The notes below the pieces were generated by a model, which made no database searches, was not told where the DNA came from, and saw only the letters and a program-made list of their open reading frames with translations. From NCBI GenBank assembly GCA_030141605.1, contig JAQGDQ010000166.1:62001-126000 (forward strand): a DNA stretch of 64,000 nt, given 5' to 3'. Every line of letters starts with the position of its first letter. Within the stretch, counting starts at the first letter, position 1. The position numbers and the translations under genes are program-made. The DNA is from Tubiluchus corallicola. Lineage: Eukaryota > Animalia > Priapulida. Shown piece after piece: positions 53,901 to 64,000 of the stretch.

Positions 53901-55218
53901 TTCAAACAGGTAACTATGATTGTAAGTAATATAACTTTGTGTGGCAAGTATTTCGGTGCATACTTTAAATTTCTCTTAAACCCTCTGTAACTGCGGTCTT
54001 GTTCCAAAAATAATTTTAATTGTTTAAAATTAAAGAATTGTCCCTTTAAAGATTGTATTTATCACTATGGTTATAGCTGCCTTTACTTGCATGCTGTATA
54101 CGCATTCACTACATCTCGCAACATCCTACGCATTCCATAACGCAGTTTAGTTTGACAAGATACTGAACAAGCCTTTGTCAACTTCACCCTGTTTTGTCGA
54201 GCTTACACAAAATCTATAGGCAGTTGTAAGCCTGGGAATGATTTATAACGCTAAAAAACGACACTGCAGCAATTATAACAAAGGTTAAATACCATGAACC
54301 CAACGAAATAGAATAAAACGTACAATATTCGATCTATTTCTAGAAAACGTGAACCTGCCAGAGCGGTGCTATAATGATTAGATTGCCCGTTCAACAATGG
54401 ATGTATTAGGGCTATTTAGAATTCGCGAGAGGGCCACGATAATTAGTAATAAAGTCATAGGAAGTAAAGTCATAGGAAGTAAAGTCACAGTCGATAATCG
54501 GCCACGACAATCAGTAACAAAGTCACAGGAAGTAAAGTCACAGTCGATAATCGGCCACGACAATCAGTAACAAAGTCACAGGAAGTAAAGTCATAGTCGA
54601 CAATTGGCCACGTAATCGGTAATAAAGTCACAGTCGATAATAGGCCACGTAATCGGTAATAAAGTCACAAGAAGTAAAGTCACAGTCGATAATCGGCCGT
54701 GTTATCGGTAATAAAGTCACAGAAAAAAAGTCACAATTAATTTTAGCTGGGTTTGTGTTAGAATTAAGAGTTATGGTTAGGGTTAGTGCTAGGGTCTCTT
54801 CTTTTTTCCTGTACCATTTTTTACTGTAACTATGTAAGGCCTGCAAACAGGCAAAAGAACTTAATACCGCCGTGCCAATTTGTAATAAAGCAATATGTTA
54901 CTTGAAACAGAAAGAATTGTCACGTGACCTCACATCAGTTCGAGGAGTTTTAACCAGTTTACCTAATTGATGAAATCGAGAGTGGTTTTCAACGTATCAA
55001 CTATTGTACGTGAGTTGTAACAAAAGAATCGTTATCTCAAATAGACAGTTCTACATCCTTTTAGCGTGAGCGGATATTGGCTTTTCAGCCTGTGTGGAGA
55101 GTTTCCAGAATCTTCCAGATGAACTGTACAATCGTTTGTCCGTACGGTGCTGTCAGCTGCTTCTGCTTTTGATTTGAATTTGGGATAACTGCACAACTGT
55201 AAAGGCCAATCTATATTA

Positions 55219-56063
55219 CCGCTCTTTCAGACTTGCGAGTTTTGTCGCCAAGTAACTCGCAAGTATGTTCAGACTAGAGAGCTAAGCTTGTTACTCTGCA
55301 AAATTAGGTGCGAGCTGACACACGTCTTTATTCACTGGAAGTAACTCACAAGCGTGTTCAGGCTAGAGAGCAAAACTTGCTACAAGTTACTCCCCGATAG
55401 TAAGCGTGAACAGACACTCGCATCTTTATTCACTGCAAAAAGTTTCGAGAGTAACTCATCGAGGCGTTCACACTAGACAGTAAATTAACACACAGCGACT
55501 GTCGAAGAGTTCCCAAGCAGTTTACGAGCCTTGCGAGTTGCTGTCAAAAACAGGGCCGGTTTTAAGCTAGTTTTGACAAATTTCTTCAAATTGGGCCCCG
55601 CGCCAAGAGGGGCCCCGCTTTCATACCCTCAAGTCGAGGACGCTACGATGAATTAATGAGTGCCCAGTGTACACGAAGTTTCATGATACTATAAACACAG
55701 TGAAACCATTCAGTCTGATATCGTACATCTATGTTTCAATGTTTGTTTATTTGTTTTGTAATTTCAATTTACGTCTGTTTTTAGAAAGTACATGCACAAA
55801 CACTATGTCAGTAATTAATATTAAATATTTCATACAGGTTTTCAATTTCTAATACATTCATGGTGGTTAATGGCGGAGCCTCAAGTCTTCAACACTTTTT
55901 GGCTGGCACTGGCGTACTACATGAAGCGTAAAGCATCAATCTCCAGTTTTTGTAGGGTAGAGGGCGCCACTAACAATTTTCTAATTGGGCCCTGCACTTC
56001 CTAGCACCGGCCGTAGTCAGAAAAAAATTTCAAGACAAAAATCTCGCTAGTGTGAATGCGCCG
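55219..56063. mobile_element. PIF/Harbinger-like MITE (host of a hAT insertion)
   Basis: TTA on both flanks; 21-bp imperfect TIR (16/21); internal ttcaSactaga repeats. Confidence 0.6.
55551..56015. mobile_element. hAT-like MITE
   Basis: CAGGGCCGGT...ACCGGCCGTA termini; 8-bp flanks gtcaaaaa/gtcagaaa (7/8); subterminal GGGCCC motifs. Confidence 0.75.
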
Positions 56064-56499
56064 TTAGTATCATGCTCACAGACAGTATAACTTCGTTTAT
56101 TTTCAGCATATCTATGTACTTATTTTGGACAAATTTGTGTAGTCGCGAAAATTCGCATTTTAAACCTGCATATCATAATGTTTGGTTTTATGGCTCTAGT
56201 TTAACAACAACGACAGTAAGTAAAACACGTTTGTCAATAAACATATAGTTACCATTATAGTTTTAAACATATAAAAGTCGCTTATATATGCTCGTACTTT
56301 TTGAACAACCTTTCGCTTGCCCTGCCAGAAGCGTGCCTTAATTTCACATTTGCTTATATTGACGTTATTTGACGGAAACATGTTTACAATTTAAACATGC
56401 GTCTTTTTAATGGTAGTTTAACAACAGTTTGATAAATGAAGTTTTTAACAATGATTGTATAACATACATATATACATACATACAAATATACATAGATAC

Positions 56500-56552
<53 letters not shown>

Positions 56553-56566
56553 TACATACATATACA

Positions 56567-56606
<40 letters not shown>

Positions 56607-57889
56607 AAGTTATTTACAGATAACAAAAATTGGCAAACAGACGTACAACATTAAGGATTAAGGATATATATACAGAAAACATCTATTAATCTTAAATCCT
56701 TAATGCTGTACGTCTATTTGCCAATTTTTGTTATCTGTAAATAACTTTATTGTTGGTAGTATTTTATGTGGGTGTGACGTACTAGCTATTGTACACATGT
56801 AGTACTTTTTATTGTATGTGTGTGCTGATATTATGGGGATTTTACCTGTAATAAAGTACATATTATCTTATCTTATCTGATCTTTTACCTTTAAACAATT
56901 TCCTTTAGTCTTAAAAGCTCTATATTTTTTGTTAAAGTCGTTTGTGTCGTCTTTAACAAGCCCTCTTTAACAAGTCGTCTTTAACAAGCCTCTTATCAAG
57001 CCCAATACCCCCACCCACCAACCCATTCCCCTCCTTTTTTTCCTCTTTTCACACTAAAAAATCCAGATCATGACTTTGTACGGCAAATCTAATAATTGTG
57101 ACAAGCTGGGGGCATGGTTCAATGCTCGTGTAAAACCAAAGCAAATGTCCAAAACCACGTGACCATCTGAAAACAAGCTTCCCGCAATGACCTGCTTATA
57201 GTTAAGCGAAAAAATATTTCGCTGAAAATGGCTTCAATTAAGTAATTTATGTATACATATCTAGTTAGCGTGTGTATTGTTCATTAGCAATATCATTGCT
57301 GTTGGCTTCCCTACGCAAACTGTAGGCAAATGCAATGTTAGGGTAATCGTATATACTCGTAGTTAATTACTTTCTGACACGAAGTTTTTCTTCCTTGCGT
57401 TTGTGCCTGTGTTATCATTGCTAGATAAACACAACGTTGAACATGTCCTGACATGTCTAAGCTCGCGTGCATTCTTCTCAATTATTATAGAAAAACATCC
57501 ACGCAAATGGCAGACCTTTTCGCCTGTTTTTGTTTTCCATTATTTTTTTGGAACTAAACTCTCACTCTAATATGAGTTTTTACAACTTAAAAACCAACTC
57601 TCATTACGAATATTCAATTTATTTTAACATAAACTAATTGCAAAACTTTCTTTTGGTTATTCATCACTTCATTGTTAGCGGAATTAAGTTTGAAACTCCG
57701 CCATTTTTCCTTGCGCGAGACGAATGACGTAAAGAGTACAGTCACGAGATCACCAAAGACGCTTTCTGCACAACGTACGACATTCTCGCTCACTCGCGCC
57801 AAAGACGCGAAACACGGCGATCTTTACGGCAATACGCATGTTCGAAATTCGCTAGAAAAAAGTAAGTTATTTAATTTATAAGAAAGAAC

Positions 57890-58453
57890 GGGCAATGTAC
57901 GGTTGACCCAAAATAAATCAATTCTAACCAGCAAGAAACTATCCGTCAAAACAAGGCTGCAACTCTTTAATGCATATTTAACTATTATCTTCATGTACAA
58001 CAGTGAAATGTTGGGCTTAATTGCAACTCAGAAAGCAGAAATAAACATATTTCACAAAGGCCTACTCAGAAAAGTCTTGTAAAACGGCCATATATCATTT
58101 CAGATGAGCAGCTGTATAATATAAGAACTAAAAAAGGACATTCGTGCACTAAAATCAGAATCAGAAGATTAAGATGGATAGGACATTTAATGAAATTGCC
58201 AGAAACAACACCAGTATGATTAGCATTAAACGAGGCACAGAAACCTACTAAACGACCTCCACGAAAACTAAAAACAGCTTGGATATCAAGTATTAATAAA
58301 GATTTTCAACAGCTGAAGCCAAACCTAACAAAAGCATCACAGGAGTTGAAAGTTTTAGCTGCACACAGGAACCTGTAGGGTGCTCAAATAAAGGATGGAA
58401 GCCCTACGTCCATAGTAGATGTTTTGAGCAACAGAAGAAGAAGAAGAAGAAGA
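57890..58453 (+). mobile_element. RTE-clade LINE 3' remnant (disrupted)
   Basis: Translates to KKLSVKTRLQLFNAY...FMYNSE...LLRKVL / IRIRRLRWIGHLMKLP*...KRPP...W with stops and frameshifts; (GAA)n tail. Confidence 0.8.
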
Positions 58454-58618
58454 TTTAATTTATAAGATTTTTTTGTTTTTTAATAACTATGAATTTTTTG
58501 TGTAGACCTAATAATAATAATATATTAGAAAAGCTTCAATGTCTGTTGGGTGTTGGGGTTATATAGGCCTTTTAAGTAACTGATATGCTTTGATCACACA
58601 CGCACACACACATATAAA

Positions 58619-58672
<54 letters not shown>

Positions 58673-59001
58673 GCTTTATTTTACAAAGATAAACACAAGC
58701 ACCATTAACAAATCACACACTTAAATAAACAACGAATACACAAACAAGTCCCTACAAATACAGGACTCTTTTTAAGACTAGTTGATTAAAAAATATCATA
58801 ATTTACACATCTACATATATATCGCAGTGATTATTGAATACATTAATTCCTAGCAAAGTTAGTTCGTATTTGTTAATTTAGAATCACGTATTGTTGATAT
58901 TTTATGCACATAGTTAATCAACAATTTCTGCAACAACAATCAACATAATATATAAGAAAATAATATACAACAAATAAATAAATAAATAAATAAATAAATA
59001 T

Positions 59002-59072
<71 letters not shown>

Positions 59073-59901
59073 TCTATCTATCTATTTACTCTTGTAATTT
59101 TTTATTTTGATTATATTTTATTTCATTTTAGTGCTGTATTTGTATTTTATATGGCCTTAGTTAGCGAAATTTTGAATTGAGTTGAATACTAACTGACTGT
59201 ATATCTTGCATATTTCTGAAAATATGCTTGCTACCTCGAGTAGTACCAGGCTTCTCGGATTGCACAATCTAGTCGCTTTAGTTCCGTTTCCTTTGCTTTT
59301 GGCAGCTCATTGCTCTTTGGTTTATAACGCCATAAATGTACAACTTCTAGGGGGTATAAACCTCTTAAAAATCGTTTAGCCACGAATGAGCTGGCTTCAT
59401 TTCTGACGGTAGGAAGGTCGTTGATTCGATTTGAACTTGTAAGCAACCTTGTTAAAAAGTCGTAACGGTAAACCACCCAAGCGTAGGGTCATACCATGTG
59501 GCGCAAAAAATATGCCGAAGTTTTGATCCCGATATTATAAGAAGAAAATGACGGAATCACTTGAAATTGCCACACTGATGATAAAAACGCTTATGTATGC
59601 GTACCAGTCATGTGAAATCATTCCCTTATGTTTTCTCAAAGATACGGAAGTTTTAAAACCAGTCATGCCGGAAAAGGCTTGGGGGTTACTATTGCTCAAA
59701 ACAGCTAACACAGTTTCTCACTTGTTGAAGGTTTAAAAGTAATATTGAAGTGAGTGTCGTAACTCTGTATCATTAATAATGAATGTGTTCTTTGAGTGGT
59801 GTAGTTAGTTATAGATGGTAAACTTTATATACTACTCGATTCTTATATTATTGTAGTCTAAATTCTAGCACATTTTTTCTGCACCACCCGATACATCAAA
59901 A

Positions 59902-60068
59902 CTGTTAAATGTTGACCAGTGCATTCAATGTTCTTTGAAGACTTCTGTTTAATGCTGACCACTCCAGCCTATTTATGGAAGACTTCTGTTTAATGTTGAC
60001 CAGTCCATTCTATTCATGAACGACTTCTGTTTAATGCTGACCAGTCCATTCAATTCATGGAAGACTTC
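59902..60068. repeat. 41-bp minisatellite x4
   Basis: gaagacttctgtttaatgYtgaccagtccatt units. Confidence 0.85.
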
Positions 60069-60252
60069 CAGAACGGTCATTCAGAAACGGTAGCGGATGA
60101 TTGTGAATGTGGTTGCACTTATGAAGAACGTCAAACGTTTGGTGGGTCCTTGCCCTCATCAAGCCAGAAGCTGACCTGCTGCACGCTGTAGCTAGGCAGA
60201 AACACTGAATGAGATTTGAAAAGAAAAATATGCCAATGAGGAAATGTACAAA

Positions 60253-60661
60253 CAAGGGCGTATCAAGACTTTACGACGCCCAAGGCTAATAGTTCCGCCC
60301 CGTCCATCTCTATTGTAAATTTATGGTTTCCTATGTAATGAGCAGATTAAACAATTACTTGTGATGTAATAGAAACACTACTGACCTATTTTCTACGTTG
60401 TCATTATTAATTACATGTATTTGCATACCGTTTATATTCAAGCAGGCTGCCCAACTGCTTGTTGTGTAATACCTTGCACCTGTTCATTATGTAGCACTTA
60501 TATAAGAGCTGGGCTCAGTAACTTGTGGTGTGTTATAAAATGTGCTCTTTACATGAATATGAAAGTATACACAATTTCCGGGGAGAATAAGAATTTTTTG
60601 TAAAATGTAATGCTCCTCAAACTTTCGCACCCTAGGCTACAGCGTAGTTAATACGCCCCTG
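60253..60661 (+). mobile_element. CAGG-ended MITE family I
   Basis: caagggcgtat...atacgcccctg TIR; colinear with 30837-31236. Confidence 0.78.
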
Positions 60662-60872
60662 TTAACAAGTCCAGATTGAGAAGTAACAGGACTTCCTCCG
60701 TTACTCATTCCTACGCTAAACAGGGAATTTGAATAGATTCTGGATAAGCGTACTCGTATGCAATCACACAGTGAGTTTAAAATATGTGTAGCTAATGTGA
60801 GTCTGGCATATGTTGCTAGCTCTACGAGATGACATGAGCGAGAGACGATAAGTATGGAAATAGATCAGCTAC

Positions 60873-61443
60873 TTAAAGGAAAGGCCCAGCCTTTTGGAAA
60901 GTACTTAAGCTTATTATAATGTTTCTCGAAAAACGTTAGAAGGATTTAGTAATAAAATTGCAATAAGCACATCGTGTAATTAGTAAAATCACTTTAAAGT
61001 CGTGATCACTTTATGTTTGGGCGGTCCCATTTTGAAAGCCCATTCTTCCACCAATGACGTCATTCATCGACTGAGGGAAAAGCAACACACTGTCAATCTT
61101 CATCATAAGCATAATAAGTTTTTACAAAATATAGTAGCTAATCTAGGGACATTTTTGCATCAATGTTAGGTGAGATACAGAAGTTTGAATTGGTTTAAAC
61201 AGGGCACGTTTAAGGAAAGCGACGATGTGCTTATGGATAGTCACGAATTCTACCAATTACGTCAGAATTTTCAAGTAAATGGCAGCCACCAACTCGTCTG
61301 AAAATTTCTGTACAGCGGCAGTATAAATTAACTTCATTCTTGTAGACAGTTTTTGTCAATTTCTTTGTTATATTTTTCTAAATATAGATAGCAATAAAGA
61401 GACTAAAAGACCAAATTAGTAAATGAGTTGTCTTTTCCTTTAA
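60873..61443 (+). mobile_element. Kolobok-like family D element
   Basis: TTAA|AGGAAAGG...CTTTTCCT|TTAA. Confidence 0.8.
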
Positions 61444-61680
61444 TAAGAAATCTGGCTGCATACTCAATCGAGTGCTGAACACATCTTAACTCTTAACTTT
61501 TCAAACGACTTAGTTGGTATAATAAATTCACTTATTCGATTTCAATTTATTTACGTTATCATCAGAAATAGCGCCATCATCATTAAAAACAACCCACTAA
61601 GAAATAAAAACATGCTTCCGTAGAGCCTCAAACCCAAATCTTTTGATTGCTGCACAAATAAAAGCTACGTATCAACTTAC

Positions 61681-61850
61681 CTTACATTTCGATGATTTTG
61701 CACATACATATCGTGAAACATGCTTTGAGGAGGGGCGGCTCTAGAACTTCTTCTGGAAACATCCAGGGTGGATTCATGCATCTTTAGCATGATGGCTCGC
61801 TTTACTTCCGCCGCAATGTATGCTGGGATTACGCTTAGCAACAACTGTTC
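61681..61850 (-). CDS. ADCY2: Adenylyl cyclase exon (helical linker/start of C1a): EQLLLSVIPAYIAAEVKRAIMLKM...FHDMYVQNHRNV
   Basis: ttgcag acceptor, gtaagt donor, 170 nt, ends phase 2; EQLLLSV.P is a conserved transmembrane AC motif. Confidence 0.95.
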
Positions 61851-61951
61851 CTGCAATAGATAATTCTTTGAAATTTGATTGGAAGAGAATGATGTCTCTA
61901 GCTCGATCGCGAAAACAGGCTGAAAAGCTCCGCTCACAAGCTATACACAAA

Positions 61952-62343
61952 TTAGTTAGCCTTTTCACAGTGCCAGCGATTGATGATGATCGTGAAAACG
62001 TCAAAGGTTAAGTGTACCAGACAACATAACTTGACTACGCCTTGCAGCCCATGCTATTGTAACAGTAACAGTTTTAACAGCTAGCTAGAACCTTACCTAG
62101 TTCATTTTTTCTTGTTTCCAAACAAGATCCTGCTATTAAATCAATCTACATACAGACTAATGCATAATTAAGTAAAATACACATAAAATAACTGAAGTTA
62201 TTGAACTGGCTGCGCGACAGACGGCTTTGCTTTACCCACATGCCACGTGGCAGTTGTAGTTAAGACGCTTTGCTCTGGTGCACTTAACCTTTGACCTACA
62301 GCAACTGCGCGTGCGCACAAGGAAATTGTGAAAAGGCTTAGTA
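61952..62343 (+). mobile_element. MITE family A copy 7
   Basis: agccttttcaca ... tgtgaaaaggct TIR; full-length similarity. Confidence 0.88.
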
Positions 62344-62599
62344 AATTGTTTTTATGGAAATTCGGCGTCTAATTTAGAAACTCCATAACATTCATGCTTC
62401 CAGCAGCAGAGGTATTTATGCAGCAATCGTGACAATGAAATTACAAAAAGATAAGGGCGACGCCTGAATTTTTATAAATAGCTTTCAAAAGATTGAAATC
62501 GTGAAAAGATTCGTATTAAATCGTATTAAAAAACTCCTTTTGACAATTTCACACCATATTGACCTCCTGTTACTAAAATTATTGGAACACTTGCGACAT

Positions 62600-62729
62600 T
62601 TGTCATCACTCCAGGCTAATTATCCAAATATAAGGAACAATTGTTAACTTTTATAAGCAAGAAAATGTACATTTTGGACAGTAAATTAAAATGAGATTGA
62701 ATCTAAATAATCGCCCGGCCTTCCTTTAA
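62600..62729 (+). mobile_element. Kolobok-like family B terminal fragment
   Basis: Matches 22655-22777; ends ccggccttcct|ttaa. Confidence 0.7.
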
Positions 62730-63345
62730 AGACAAGAAATGAGGTACCTAAAGTAGGTTTCACGACTCAGAAAAATCGTCTTAAAAATTATATTACTTTA
62801 CAGCAATTTTATGCGTGTAACGTACTCGCGTTGAAAGGATTTTTTTGTTTGTTTTCATTTTAAAAGTCCCACAATACTGTTCAGACAGCGCCATACATGA
62901 CGTCGTATACGCGCAACGTAAATCAGGGGAAGAAAAGGAAATGTTAAGTTATGTTCCAAGAAAACGTTCCGTGCAAATCTATATTACTTAGCATTTCGCT
63001 TACCTGCTTGAAAGACTTATGTAACTAGAAAAGAAAATTATTAATTAATTAAAATGCTTACAGTGTGCGCCACTCACTAACCAAAAAACTTATTTTTAAT
63101 CTTATTGACAAGATACAGTAACTTGAAATTTTACTTAGTTAGTGAAGTGTGCGCTACGAATGCTCAGATTATTTTTTTCAAACAATACTCAATGTTATCT
63201 AAACATGTTTCAAATGACTTATCGTCAAAATGGTTGCGTCTAAAGGTCATCGCGGGAGTTTAAATTTACAAATTTTATACAGCATTACTGCTGACGCTAG
63301 CCCTGAAAAGGCAGTATGCAATTGGTATAAAATTAAAAACGAATT
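62730..63345. mobile_element. Dispersed repeat family E (composite; homologous pieces at 52826-53070, 53560-53968, 43545-43705, 48130-48210)
   Basis: gaggtacct.aagtagg...gcatttcgcttac block shared with 52826-53070; the remainder is an inverted match to 53560-53840. Confidence 0.7.
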
Positions 63346-63689
63346 TTAAGCTTTCTGTTTATGACGGGTTTTCTTGTGTTTTAAATATAATAAAATCTCA
63401 AGCATTAGCAGATTAGCAGACAACATTTTTAAACAAACACTTCAGATTTGCTTCCAATTGCCTAAAAGATTTGAAACGATTGTAAAGCACGTTTTCCTCA
63501 CAACATTTAATCATACAAAGTCTGCCACCTGAGCCTTGGTTTAAATTAAATAAGACAAGTGAGAGAGATCATTAAGCGCTGTGAAATTTTACCCAGTGTG
63601 GATTGTATACGAACCATTAGTCATCAGTCGTCGGTAGTGAATCTTAATTTTAAAAAATTCTTTAAGCAATTCTGACAGAGTGTGTGTGT

Positions 63690-63750
63690 GGGGCGGGGGG
63701 AGAGAGAGGTCGGAGACAGAGAGGCAGAGAAGGTTAGGAGATATAACGAG

Positions 63751-63792
<42 letters not shown>

Positions 63793-63990
63793 TAGGAGAG
63801 AAAGAGAGAGTGGGAGAGAGAGGTCGTAGAGAGAGAGAGAGGCAGAGAAGGGGAGGGAGATATAGCGAGAGGGAGAGAGAGGGGGGAGAGAGGGGGAGAG
63901 AATGGAGGAAACAAGGAGAGAGAGAGGGGGGAAAGAGAGGGAGAGAGAGGGGAGAGAGAGGAGAGAAAGTGAGAGAGACAGAGAAAGAAT
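63690..63990. repeat. (AG)n/purine-rich repeat
   Basis: Direct reading. Confidence 0.93.
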
Positions 63991-64000
63991 ATGAAAACGA

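Noticed and set aside
59231-59736. Short ORFs in the long cyclase intron as a nested gene
   Set aside because: No recognisable domain or consistent splice structure.
59902-60068. CRISPR-like periodicity (also 25.5-26.1 kb and 54.4-54.7 kb)
   Set aside because: Whole units repeat without unique spacers, no cas genes are present, and the context is a eukaryotic intron.
50478-61680. Extra cyclase exon in the 11.2-kb intron
   Set aside because: The flanking exons join in frame (NV-S-ILYAD) with no missing conserved sequence.

Overview
AT-rich, microsatellite- and transposon-dense genomic DNA from an animal, probably a non-vertebrate bilaterian (species not determinable from sequence alone). Two intron-containing genes lie in tandem on the minus strand. 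(1) A transmembrane adenylyl cyclase of the ADCY2/4/7 group: 19 GT-AG exons from 61850 down to the stop at 23535 splice into one open 826-aa frame (C1a-C1b-M2-C2a) with the catalytic residues intact; its N-terminal exons lie beyond 64000. (2) An unusual formin-like gene (exons 18854-18726, 15471-14649, 10133-9810) encoding an acidic N-terminus, a DEP domain, a coiled coil and the start of an FMN/Cappuccino-type FH2, with no polyproline FH1; further FH2 exons were not found in the window. Introns carry many non-autonomous DNA transposons (Kolobok-like TTAA elements, hAT-, Harbinger- and Tc1/mariner-like MITEs), LINE remnants and minimal hammerhead-ribozyme motifs. The most notable observations are the FH1-less DEP-formin, a tandem-plus-inverted array of U3/A8-variant hammerheads in its intron, and a ~400-bp MITE whose seven copies all sit next to cyclase exons. 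Almost all supplied ORFs are microsatellite artefacts. Repeat boundaries were read by eye and are approximate.
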